Shown here: positions 11,300-23,152 of the stretch, piece by piece | Layout of the letters: every line of letters begins with the position of its first letter | How positions within the stretch are numbered: position 1 is the stretch's first letter | NCBI GenBank assembly: GCA_950097015.1 | Contig: CATNEN010000001.1 | Location: 20,026,001 to 20,090,000, forward strand | Direction of reading: 5' to 3' | DNA from: Macrostomum hystrix | Lineage: Eukaryota; Animalia; Platyhelminthes | Length of the DNA stretch: 64,000 bases | Notes under the pieces: generated by a model | Database searches by the model: none | Seen by the model: the letters and a program-made list of their open reading frames with translations, nothing else | What the model was told of the DNA's origin: nothing | Translations under genes and position numbers: made by a program

Positions 11300-12970
11300 A
11301 AGATAGATAGAAGAGATTAGACAGGGGAGAGATGAGATAGGTGAGAGGTGAGACAGTGGAGAGGTAGGAAATAGCTAAGGTCAGACAGAGGAGAGATGAG
11401 ATATGGTTTAGATGAGACAGGAGCGATAAGATATGGCTGAGATGAGACAGGAGAGAATAAATATGGTTTAGATGAGACAGGAGAGATAAGATTTGGCTGA
11501 GATGAGACAGGAGAGATAAGATTTGGCTGAGATGAGACAGGAGAGATAAGATATGGCTGAGATGAGACAGGAGAGAATAAATATGGTTTAGATGAGACAG
11601 GAGAGATAAGATTTGGCTGAGATGAGACAGGAGAGATAAGATATGGCTGAGATGAGACAGGAGAGAATAAATATGGTTTAGATGAGACAGGAGAGATAAG
11701 ATTTGGCTGAGATGAGACAGGAGAGATAAGATATGGCTGAGATGAGACAGGAGAGAATAAATATGGTTTAGATGAGACAGGAGAGATAAGATTTGGCTGA
11801 GATGAGACAGGAGAGATAAGATTTGGCTGAGATGAGACAGGAGAGAATAAATATGGTTTAGATGAGACAGGAGAGATAAGATTTGGCTGAGATGAGACAG
11901 GAGAGATAAGATTTGGCTGAGATGAGACAGGAGAGATAAGATTTGGCTGAGATGAGACAGGAGAGATAAGATTTGGCTGAGATGAGACAGGAGAGATAAG
12001 ATATGGCTGAGATGAGACAGGAGAGAATAAATATGGTTTAGATGAGACAGGAGAGATAAGATATGGCTGAGATGAGACAGGAGAGAATAAATATGGTTTA
12101 GATGAGACAGGAGCGATAAGATTTGGCTGAGATGAGACAGGAGAGAATAAATATGGTTTAGATGAGACAGGAGAGATAAGATTTGGCTGAGATGAGACAG
12201 GAGAGATAAGATTTGGCTGAGATGAGACAGGAGAGAATAAATATGGTTTAGATGAGACAGGAGAGATAAGATTTGGCTGAGATGAGACAGGAGAGATAAG
12301 ATATGGCTGAGATGAGACAGGAGAGAATAAATATGGTTTAGATGAGACAGGAGAGATAAGATTTGGCTGAGATGAGACAGGAGAGATAAGATTTGGCTGA
12401 GATGAGACAGGAGAGAATAAATATGGTTTAGATGAGACAGGAGAGATAAGATTTGGCTGAGATGAGACAGGAGAGATAAGATATGGCTGAGATGAGACAG
12501 GAGAGAATAAATATGGTTTAGATGAGACAGGAGAGATAAGATATGGCTGAGATGAGACAGGAGAGAATAAATATGGTTTAGATGAGACAGGAGCGATAAG
12601 ATTTGGCTGAGATGAGACAGGAGAGAATAAATATGGTTTAGATGAGACAGGAGAGATAAGATTTGGCTGAGATGAGACAGGAGAGATAAGATTTGGCTGA
12701 GATGAGACAGGAGAGAATAAATATGGTTTAGATGAGACAGGAGAGATAAGATTTGGCTGAGATGAGACAGGAGAGATAAGATTTGGCTGAGATGAGACAG
12801 GAGAGAATAAATATGGTTTAGATGAGACAGGAGAGATAAGATTTGGCTGATGAGACATATGAGATGCAAGATTTGGCTGATGAGACAGAGGAGAGATGAG
12901 ATATGGTTTAGATGAGACAGATGAGATGTAAGATTTCGCTGAGATAGACGGTGAGGCTTAGACAGATAAG
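11300..12970. repeat. 30-bp minisatellite with a few alternating unit variants, ~50 copies
   Basis: gatgagacaggagagataagatttggctga, ...atatggctga, ...aataaatatggttta; degenerate edges. Confidence 0.97.
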
Positions 12971-14135
12971 CCAAGGGCTTGGATTAAGGACGTAGCAATA
13001 TTAAATATTATTATTATTATTATTATTATTATTAAAACGCGCTCGCCATCTATGGATGCTGATTTTTGAATATAAGTTAAATAATCGAAAAAAAATAGAA
13101 AAAATCGAAGTGCTGTAAAAAATAGAACGTTTTTTAACTGGTTAAGGATGCGCATGATAGGTAAAAAATAAATGTAAAAACGCGAGGGACAACACGAATC
13201 AAATATAATACTAGCTCGTCCTGGTAATTTCTAAATGTTAGTTGCTTCAGGGCAGCCGTTCTCTTATTTTCGATAATTACTAAGATGTACTTTTCTAGTG
13301 CTTCAGTGCTTTCCCTGTCGTCTGCTGTTATGGACGTGAAATTAGGAGTTTTCCCTGAAATTTTATTTTCAAATCAAACGTGCGGTGCGGTACATATTCC
13401 AACTGCACTGAAATAATAAGTGGACCTCGTTTTTACATTAACGTAAATGTCAGTAGATAAGCAGAAGCTGTGCAATAAATATTCCAGCTTTACATTCAGC
13501 CAGTTTTTTGGTTACTCCTCCAAGAAGGCATAAATTTTGGCGGTGTCAGCTGCGGCGGCGGTGGCGTTGGGGTGGTTAGTGAACTGAATGTGAAGCGCTG
13601 ATATTATTATGGCTAGGCAAGGGTCGCAGCCCTCAAAGTAAATAGCCTGCCTCACCAGAATAAAGTAGGCTGAGATAGGAGCGATATAGTAATCACAAGA
13701 GAGCCTTGCCTTTCACCGATTGGCTGCTTGCCTAAGCACTGCGCATTCAGTCAAGTCTCTCTCCGTCTCTCCTCTGAGTTAGCAGAGAGCTCGGCTGGGC
13801 TCCGCGAAAGAAGAACAGCGAGAAGACATTGCGCGGAGTGTTGCGATAGCGTCTAGGCTGTGAAGCAAATGTATTTATTTGGACTGCAGCCCGAAAGCGT
13901 GGCTTCACGCCAGTCCCATTCAGAGCCGCAAATATTTAGCGTGCCAGCTCTGCAAGGGTTTCTTACTAAAATTTGTATGTTATAAAATAGGGCATATAAG
14001 GCAACTGCGTCGTTTTGTCGTTTTTCTTTGACTCTAAAACAAGTCATGCAGCCTTGAGCACAGCAGACGCAAGCGAGACAGTGACCAGAGAGGAAAAAAT
14101 TACTGGACTCAAGATTCAGACGGTCTCAAAGCAGC

Positions 14136-16484
14136 ATGGACGAAGGTTGGGAGCTGTGCATCCTGGTTGAGGATCTGCAGATGACGCGCCGAATCCGCGT
14201 CCGCGGCGACACCCACATCGGCGGCGTCATGCTCAAGCTGATTGAAGCCATCGAAGTTCGCATGGACTGGTCCGACCACGCGCTGTGGTGGCCCGAAGAG
14301 AACCGCTGGCTGCTGAAGACTCGACGCACGCTAGACCAGGTGGGAATCCAGGCGGACGCCAGACTAGTGTTTCACCGGATGCACAATGTCACCAAGGTGC
14401 AGCTGCCGGATCTTCAGGAGCTGGAGCTGCGAGTCAACTTCGCGCAGTCCCTATTTAGCGTTGTGGTCGGACTCTGCCGCGAGCTGGGAATTCGCCATCC
14501 AGAAGAGCTGTCCCTTAAGCGTCCGCTCACGTCCTTGTCTACGCTAGCTGCCCAGTCTAACGGCACCCTGGGCAGCCGATTCGGCAGTTTCAGACGATCA
14601 AGCCGGAAGTCGCCCTCCCAGCCGGAAGCGGTCAACGGAAGCGGCACCTTCAACCCGCTCCTGCCGCGCCAGCTCAGCGCCACCAGCCAAACTGGGTCTT
14701 CGCCGCGCACGCCCAGCTCGCTGGGTCCTCCAGCAGCTTCGCCAACTTCCTTCAGCTCCCTGATGTTCCAAGGAGAGGAGCAAGCTGCTCTGGCTAACAG
14801 TCCGTGGATTCCTGTGCGCACCGCGTTCGCTGAGAAGGCCCTGCCCAGGCAGAGGTCCCTGGCAGAGCGAGCAGCAGCCAACGAGGCCTGGCTTGACTCG
14901 TCTCGCTCACTGATGGAGCAGGGCGTCCGGCCAGACGCCGAGCGAAGCGGCCTGCTGCTGCGCTACAAGTTTCACGTCTATTACGATCTTAACGCGAAGT
15001 ACGACTCGATCCGTATCAACCAGATCTACGAGCAGGTCAAGTGGTCATTGCTGTCCGAGGAGCTGGAAACACTAGAAGAGGAGGCTTTGCTGCTGGCTGC
15101 GCTGCAGCTACAAATCACTACTCAAGCAGATCTACCTGCCGCACTCTCACCTGATGTAAGAAGCAGCATCCGAATGGATACTGTGGACAGCAGAGAGCAC
15201 AAAGAGACGGCGGCTGTTGCTGCCGCCGATGTCACCGAAGATGACATTGATGCAGCTCTGGCGGAACTGGAAGCTACACTATTGTCTGACTCCAACTGCC
15301 TTACCCTTTCGTCGCCAAAGCGGCTGACATCGGTGCCTGAAGAGCAGCAAAACCAGTCAAAGCAACTGCAGCAACGGCAGCAGCAACAATCTGTGAACAA
15401 GATACCTGAGCTAGCTGGCTTCCTGAAGTACTTGAAGCCCCGCAAGCACACGCTTCGTGGCTATCGCCGGAACTATTTCATTCTGCACGAGACAAAGCTT
15501 ACTATGTACACCGATCAAGACAGAAGTCGTCTCCAAGAAGAGTTCAACCTCATGAGCGCCGAAGTTGTCCCTGACGTGAACACAACTGCTCAAAAATTCG
15601 GCATTCGTCTGTTCCTTTCTGCCACCGTCGGGCCTGACGATGAATATTCGAGCGCCTCTCGAATGCAGGAGCTGTGGCTGCGGTGCGACGGCAGAAACCA
15701 GTTCGCGGAGTGGGTGGCGGGAATCTCCCTGGCCACTCGGGGCAAAACCCTGGCCAGCAAAGCCGCATTCGAGGCGGAGACATCGGCCACCCTGGCTCAG
15801 CTGGAGCTGCAGACTCCACGGCCGCAGCGCAGGTCAGAGGTCGAGAACGGTCATCCGCCAGTCGACTTCGATCCAGAAAACTTCTTGGCACCGCGCCACG
15901 TGAAGGCTCGAAAGCAGAGCTGGTTGCGGCAGCAGATTCTGCTGCGGCACGCCAACGTGCGCGATCGAACCCTCCTGGACGCCAAGCTGGACTACATCCG
16001 CATCTGCCAACGGCTGCCTATGTTCGGTGTGGCCTACTTCCTTGTCGACTGCACCATCGGGCCGCAACCCGACCGGCCAGCTGTGATGTCCTTCAGCGAC
16101 TATCGCCGAGAGAAGCGCCACGGCAGCGGCAACGTGGCGAAGCTTGAGCTGGTGGGCGTCGCTGCTAACCGTCTTATGCGACTGGACTTCAGCACCGGAC
16201 AGGTCATTGGGGCCTGGCGACTAGAAGAGCTTCGCTCCTGGATCATCAACTGGGAGCTGCTCAGTGTACAGGTGAACCTAGACAAGCCGCCGCATCAGCT
16301 GCTGCTGGTGCCCCACCTGCCCGAAGGCAGTCCGTCGGCTTCCAAGCTGTCGCTATGCAAGACGCTCGTCGAGTTTATCGGAGGCGGTGCGTTTCTCAGC
16401 CTGCGGCAGGCGGACAAGAGCCAGCAGCTGGACGAGCAGCTGTTCCACAGGCTGACTGGCAGCAGAGACCACGCGGCTAGCTGA
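14136..16484 (+). CDS. FERMT2: Kindlin / fermitin family protein (UNC-112 homolog), single exon
   Basis: 782-aa ORF with F0 WELCILV...VRGDTHIGGVMLKL...DWSDHALWWP...WLLKTRRTLDQVGIQADA; F1 LCRELGIRHPEELSL; F2 WLDSSRSLMEQGV, LRYKFHVYYDLNAKYDSIRINQIYEQ; inserted PH domain IPELAGFLKYLKP...WLRCD; F3 LPMFGVAYF...NRLMRLD...W..NWE...EFIGG.FLS...LF.RLTG. The symbol denotes the family; the paralog cannot be assigned. Confidence 0.97.
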   Translation: MDEGWELCILVEDLQMTRRIRVRGDTHIGGVMLKLIEAIEVRMDWSDHALWWPEENRWLLKTRRTLDQVGIQADARLVFHRMHNVTKVQLPDLQELELRVNFAQSLFSVVVGLCRELGIRHPEELSLKRPLTSLSTLAAQSNGTLGSRFGSFRRSSRKSPSQPEAVNGSGTFNPLLPRQLSATSQTGSSPRTPSSLGPPAASPTSFSSLMFQGEEQAALANSPWIPVRTAFAEKALPRQRSLAERAAANEAWLDSSRSLMEQGVRPDAERSGLLLRYKFHVYYDLNAKYDSIRINQIYEQVKWSLLSEELETLEEEALLLAALQLQITTQADLPAALSPDVRSSIRMDTVDSREHKETAAVAAADVTEDDIDAALAELEATLLSDSNCLTLSSPKRLTSVPEEQQNQSKQLQQRQQQQSVNKIPELAGFLKYLKPRKHTLRGYRRNYFILHETKLTMYTDQDRSRLQEEFNLMSAEVVPDVNTTAQKFGIRLFLSATVGPDDEYSSASRMQELWLRCDGRNQFAEWVAGISLATRGKTLASKAAFEAETSATLAQLELQTPRPQRRSEVENGHPPVDFDPENFLAPRHVKARKQSWLRQQILLRHANVRDRTLLDAKLDYIRICQRLPMFGVAYFLVDCTIGPQPDRPAVMSFSDYRREKRHGSGNVAKLELVGVAANRLMRLDFSTGQVIGAWRLEELRSWIINWELLSVQVNLDKPPHQLLLVPHLPEGSPSASKLSLCKTLVEFIGGGAFLSLRQADKSQQLDEQLFHRLTGSRDHAAS

Positions 16485-17055
16485 GTGATCCTGTTGTGCA
16501 AATGTATTCAGTTTTCCCTTGAAAATCTAGTTAGTCATTTGTACAGCCTCTTCTAGCAATGATTCGATAGTTTAATCAAGGCTTAGCTCTCTGGTTGCTA
16601 ACTGAAATTGACTTGTCTTGCCCAAATCGAGTGGCCAGTCCCAAGGAACTGTCGGGTGTTTTGCTTCGTCATTATTTTTAATTGACAATTTGCCGTGTAT
16701 CGTCAATGTAACTAAACAAGTACCTTGCTTTTTTAACGTATAAAACGCACATTACTCTTAAAAAGTTTAATCATTAATGCAGTCAGTCATTACTGTGCGT
16801 CATTGTAATTCATTGGCTGCATTTTTCAGTATGACAACATATGTTTTTTGACAACTCTCTGTATGCTTATTACCCCTGCAACGACTAGAATTATGAGCGC
16901 GTTCCACTTTCATAACTAACATACAGTTAAAATAATGCTTCTATTTTATTGCTCACTTCGATTCTGCTTTTTCGCTTTTTCGAACAGTTTTCTTCAAGCA
17001 AAGCAAGCTAAAAATCACGCCTTTCTCTGACATTCTGAGTTCAAGATAAATATAT

Positions 17056-17100
17056 CGATAGATAGATAGATGGATAGACAGCTAGATAGACAGATAGATA
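17056..17100. repeat. (GATA)n microsatellite flanking the Penelope-like element
   Basis: gatagatagatagatggatagacag... Confidence 0.85.
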
Positions 17101-18108
17101 ATGAAGAACAAAGGCCACGCACGCAGTTCAGGTAGTTGCTTGCTGATTAATTACCTATATTTCGGCCAAGGTTTGGCCTTCGTCAGGGTATAATTAATAA
17201 AGAAACACGAAAAAAAAATTTAATCGAGTCACAAGGTTAATAGTCACATTTTAGAGTCAATGGGTTTAAAAGGTGTCTCAAGGCAGACATGTTCCATCGC
17301 TGTGCAGGAGCAGGTGGTCAGTTGGATGAGTCCGTCTCCTCTGAAATGTGGTTAAGCGTACAATCGATCAGAGTTGGAAGTCTTGAGGGGCAGAGTATGT
17401 CTTTTAACGAGCGGGACTTGGTGTACGCAGCTACAGTGCTCAAACCCTGTGCGTGCTCAGATATGGCAGTGCGCATTTTGCGTATAGTGCTAGCAGAGTG
17501 GTCACTGAATGGAATCACTATGGGAATGCATGCACTTTTGTTATTGTCAGCTGTGTTTATTCCAGCGGGAGCCATGGTGCTTAATAAGTCGATGAGTTTC
17601 TGCTCCATGTCACGGCGTTTGCGTTGAGCTGCCGCCTTGTCGGTGTCATTCTCAGGACTGATGTACTACAGTCCCATGAAGCGTAAATCCTGGAGGCTGT
17701 GACCTGAAGCGCAAAAATGCCTTGCAACTGGGGTGTCCATGGTACATGCAGACTCTGTAGACCATTTTCGTAGAATTGGAGCCTGGGCAGACCTGGCCGA
17801 ATAGGCCGTGCTCCTTGCACAAGTCGCAGCCAGGGGTGTCACAGAATAGGAAACCAAACTCCCAAAGACAATCCGGGTAGAAGCCTAACTGTCTGAGGGC
17901 AGATTTTTTCGCGTCCCGAATCAGACGGACCGAATATCCCTGCTTCTTCAATATGCCCATCAGGTCGCTGCTGGCCTGGTCAAAGTCGGCTTTGAATGTG
18001 CAGCGACGTGCATAGCGTAGGAACTGGGATTTCAAGATACCCTTAAAGGTGTGCTTCGGGTGGAATGAGTTTGGGTTCAAAAGTTGGCGAGTGGGCTTGA
18101 AGTAGATC
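17101..18108 (-). mobile_element. Penelope-like retroelement (Neptune-like), 5'-truncated and decayed: RT thumb, Cys linker, GIY-YIG remnant, 3' pLTR
   Basis: IYFKPT..LLNPNSFHPKHTFKGILKSQFLRYARRCT...F..AS..L...L.KQGYS (PLE RT C-terminal domain); CDTPGCDLC; KMVYRV; DTPVARHF..SGHSLQDLRFMGL*; RDMEQKLIDLLSTMAPAGIN (EN C-terminus); IPIVIPFS...AYTKSRSLKDIL. Inserted in (GATA)n. Confidence 0.88.
17152..17190 (-). ncRNA. Minimal type I hammerhead ribozyme (PLE pLTR-associated)
   Basis: Minus strand: UACC-CUGACGA-A-GGCCAA-ACC-UUGGCC-GAAA-UA-UA-GGUA. Has the core CUGAnGA/GAAA, a 6-bp stem II, stem I UACC/GGUA and a palindromic mini stem III. Confidence 0.82.
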
Positions 18109-18288
18109 GATAGATCGATAGATAGATAGATAGATAGATGGATAGATAGATAGATAGACGAAGGCCTCTCAGAGGCAATCCACGCACACAGTACTAGATG
18201 TTTTGAAATACCGATTTTTTAATATATAGTACGATGGACCAAATTTTCGGCCAAAGCTGGGCCTTCTTCAGGGTCTGTATATTTAGAC

Positions 18289-18328
<40 letters not shown>

Positions 18329-18330
18329 GG
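18105..18330 (-). mobile_element. Second, diverged PLE pLTR-like unit (18159-18285) sandwiched between (GATA)n tracts
   Basis: Shares ccacgcac.cagt and tttcggccaa...ggccttc.tcaggg with 17114-17188; (GATA)n at 18105-18158 and 18290-18330. Confidence 0.7.
18237..18275 (-). ncRNA. Minimal type I hammerhead ribozyme, second copy
   Basis: Minus strand: GACC-CUGAAGA-A-GGCC-CAGCUUU-GGCC-GAAA-AU-UU-GGUC; stem I GACC/GGUC. Confidence 0.8.
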
Positions 18331-19255
18331 ATCAAGATGTGCAGAATCTTTCTGTCGCACTAGAAAGATAAATACAGAAAGCTGAGTATCTAGTGCATTG
18401 CATTGTCCATGCCAGTCTTCACAGGCTTAGGGGCCATGCCAAGTGTTAGGTTAGCTGCTGGGTCCCTCCCAAGTGTGCACCGAATGCGTAAGAAAGGAAT
18501 TTACGATGATTGCTTTCGAGTAGCAGGTGCATTCGAGTGGAGCTGTGCTCAGGGCAGGAAGCAGGGCAAACTAGGAACGCTCGAAGCAATTAACAGGCTG
18601 CTAATTAATTCAGGTTCATAATTTGGGGACCGGTTTGAGATTTCAACCCACCGCCAGAGCACCATAATGATACTAGCGTAAAAGCAAATTATTGCCACAC
18701 TTTTACCACACAAGCCTCTGTTTACAAAGCCGAAATGGCACTTAATAGCTTTGCCTGCCTGTACGCCGGTTCGTTTTTTAAGGTGCATATTTTCTTCTGA
18801 ATTATCTGAATTATCTGAGTGCAATCTTGAAATTATTCGGATTTTAAAGTACAACTGGAGAAAATGGTTGAAGGGAATAATCGCAGACCATTGTTGCTTT
18901 TCTATTTCACAAGATAGGAATCACAAATTTGAATTTGCCAAGAGATCTTCACTAGCAAACTGTTGAGCCCGCACTAGGCCTCTTATCTCACTGTCCGCAA
19001 AAAACTGAGCGCAGCACAAACTTATCTCTGCTTCGTTTTCACGACGGAAAACTGTTAAGCTTTTTTGGACAAGCCTAGGTAATGAAGAACTGCGTCCTAA
19101 TAGTTATGCATTGTGCATGTCCAAATCAAGTCACAATGGAGATTGAGCAAAAGGCCTTCACCTGCTTATCTCTTGGTGTTCGCACGCTCCAGAGATCTGC
19201 TTTCCACCTTTCTTTCCTTCTTTTGCATTGCTTTCTGTGACAAGCCAAGCTAGGC

Positions 19256-19590
19256 CCCTCTACTCTCTCTACCCTCTCTTCTACCCCTTCTACCTCTCTT
19301 CTACCATATTTACCTTCTCTTCTACCCTCACTACCCTCTCTACCTCTTTTCTACCTTCTCTTCTACCCTCACTACCCTCTCTACCTCTTTTCTACCTTCT
19401 ATTCTACCCTCTCTACCTCTCTTCTACCCTCTCTACCTCTCTTCTACCCTCTCTACCTTCTATTCTACCCTCTCTACCTCTCTTCTACCCTCTCTACCTT
19501 CTATTCTACCCTCTCTACCTTCTATTCTACCCTCTCTACCTTCTATTCTACCCTCTCTCTACTATCTTTACCCTCTCTCTACTGACTCTG
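19256..19590. repeat. Pyrimidine-rich degenerate minisatellite (ctctacc / ttctattctacc units)
   Basis: Repeating ctctctacc(t)tct(a)ttctacc. Confidence 0.88.
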
Positions 19591-20030
19591 TAGCAGCAAT
19601 TGCTGGTAATTTCACAAAGCAACAATTTTTATTTCTCAACTGAAACAGTTAACGGGTTCGAGGGAAACTGACTGTAGCTCTACTGCACCCCGACAGTAAG
19701 TGGTACATTTGCAAGGCCTTCGCAGTATTTGTCACTTAAAATTCCACAAGTAGAAACTTTTTCTGCGCAACTCAACCAATTGATTCTGCCGATCAGCAAC
19801 TGAACTGCGAAAATTATATTTTAAACTTTTAAATTTCACACACTTTGCGGTGGAGAGTGATCAACATCAAGTTCATAGTTCAAGTGAAACTCAAAAGATC
19901 TGCATTTTCAATATTGCGCACAATTTCACTGGTGCGAAGCGAACCTGAATTGCGAGTGATCCCCAAGCGGGCACAGCTAATTGTTGCGGGCCAACTCAGT
20001 TTGCAATGACAAAATTAGTATGAATGAATA

Positions 20031-20842
<812 letters not shown>

Positions 20843-20959
20843 ATGATTGCGTAAGGATCACACTGCTCTTCAAACACAAGTTATGTTTATAATAAATAGT
20901 GAGGCAACAGCTGTTAACTTGCTATAATTGCGGGCGGAAATCAAAAGAAGATTGACACC

Positions 20960-21135
20960 TGGACAGTTGGGTCACCAGGGTCAAATTCCTTAGTCTTAAA
21001 CTGGAAATGCTGCCTCTCTCACTCAGCAGGTAAGTGGATGAGTTGAATGCATTGTGCAGGACACCCCCAACAGGAGCTAGGCCCTATGCACCCATCTGAA
21101 GTTTAAGTGGAACAGAAATGCGTTAATAAATAAAC
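20960..21135 (+). mobile_element. Possible highly decayed SINE
   Basis: Degenerate B-box-like gggtcaaattcc, a tgcctctctcactcagcaggtaagtgg segment resembling SINE central domains, and an A/T-rich tail (aataaataaa). Confidence 0.25.
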
Positions 21136-23095
21136 TGTGTTTGTTGGCCCCTTCAATTACGTAGCATAGACTATGGGCTCACATTTAAAGAGCTTAGTTT
21201 CAAATTGTCTAAATATGAGATGCGACGCAGTCGCTAAAGCAATGCCGACCTGGAGAAGTCAGTACCAGTATGAATTGTAGGGCCAGTTTATTTCAGTGCC
21301 CTCCTACGCTCACTTGAACAATTGCAGCATTGTTTTACGTCGAATTCGTTTCGAAAAGGTGAAGGTACAGACTGACAAAATAGAGAATAGATTTAAGTAA
21401 GCAGCAGCTCGCAGGTTTGATTAAAAACTGAAAAGACCGATGCACACTCGGACAGTATAATAATTATAGGGCTATATCTTCAAACTGGCTTTACAACCTC
21501 ACGAGCGAGTCAAAGCAATAACTAATTTATTACTCGTTCTCATAATTTTCCTAAGCTGAAGGCACTTTAGAATCATACTTACTTAAATTATCTAGATTTT
21601 TTCACTGCCAGCAGCTACTATTAAACGATCGGCCTAAAAAACTAATTTTAACTAATCTGATATGTCTTGCGAAAAATTGTTTTAGCAGAATATAAAACTT
21701 TTTCTTCTTTTCAAAAGCCTTATAAAGCTTATATAATGTCTCGAATTCCACATGTTAATTTGTGTTCTCCAACTAATCACATAAATTCAATGGCTAGTCA
21801 TTTGTAATTCAATCCCAGAGAGTGTTAAATGCGTGTATAGTCGGTCTAGGCAGGTTTATCTCTGCGGCGAGTTCAAAGTATTTGCGGTGCTATTATATTT
21901 CGCAAAAAAAAAACATAAAAATACATTCTGTTTCTTGCTATGATAAGCAACTGAAAAGTACTGTTGAACTGCAGCCCTGACACGAAAATGAGCCTAATCA
22001 CAATGTCGACTTAACGTTTTCGAATAAGTTATGAAATGTATGAATAATATTAATACTCGTAGTTAATATTCCAAAATTCGTCCACCTTTTACTCAAACAA
22101 AAACCTCCTCAAAAAGTCCTCAAACAAAAAGCGAGACAGTCTGGACAGAATGCAGCCTGCCCGCTAAGGAGCGCGAGCTTGCAGTGATGATGGCATGACA
22201 ACTATGAACTTTATCGAAACGAAATCGTAACTATTTCATTCAACACATTCAAGCATCTCATCGCCTGCGCCTCGGGCTGCCCATTGCCACACCAGCAGGG
22301 ACATAGCGAGCTCGGTGCGCGGAATAGAAAGGCGACCAAAGCCCTAGTCCAACTGTTCCAAAACCAAGGATGAATGCAGTTGTAAGCATAAAAATGAATA
22401 CTGTAAAGACTAGTAGTCCATGACTCCAATAAAAGGAGCACTCGTCGTTATTAAAGTGGGTGTACGTTACGTTTTATCTGTAGTTGTAAAAAGCTATGAT
22501 TTTTTACTCAGTTATTTTTCTTTTTATTTCAATGATAGTTTTCTTAGATGATAATGTAGATGTAGATGCGATTGAATTATTTATCTTTTTTTATCGTGTT
22601 TATTGAGCCATTAAAATATCATAGCAGCATATTGGTTTACATCCGGAAAAAATTAATATTCTAGAAGAACAAATCTGTTCCATAAAATATTTTTATCATA
22701 TAGAACTTTATTTTGTCTTTGTTTAATTAATAATATATTTTTAGAAATAGCGAGCTAGGGGCTGTCCCCACAGGGCTGTGAAGCGATTTGGTATATTTGC
22801 GACAATAACAAAAAGAGAGGGAATTCGATATTTACTATAATCTATAAAATTACCGCACGCAGTGCTCATCCTATCATTAGCGAGATAACTCTATAACTTT
22901 AGTGTGCCTTACTCGTAACTTCATAAGCTATTGATTTGTTCAAATATTTACTCCATATCGTCTCTGGATTGTTACCTTACAATATAAACTACCAGGTACC
23001 ACATACTTATTATCAATCCATATTTTACACCCATAAGTGTATTACTTCCATTTTCTATAATTTGTGAATTCGGTTTCTCTGACAGGCGCATAAAA

Positions 23096-23152
23096 ATGAA
23101 TTTCAAAAAACTTACAAGTGACATTTCGACAGGATTTAGCAGGGCTGTACAG
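23096..23152 (+). CDS. SH3GLB1: Endophilin-B exon 1 (N-terminal amphipathic helix H0)
   Basis: ATG AAT TTC AAA... = MNFKKLTSDISTGFSRAVQ|gt, matching endophilin B MDFNVKKLAADAGTFLSRAVQ; phase 0. Family-level symbol. Confidence 0.88.

Noticed and set aside
11298-12974. 513- and 558-aa repetitive ORFs
   Set aside because: Translations of the 30-bp satellite; no unique domain or splice context.
14126-16501. Multiple overlapping and antisense ORFs within kindlin
   Set aside because: Shadow ORFs of a GC-rich coding sequence.
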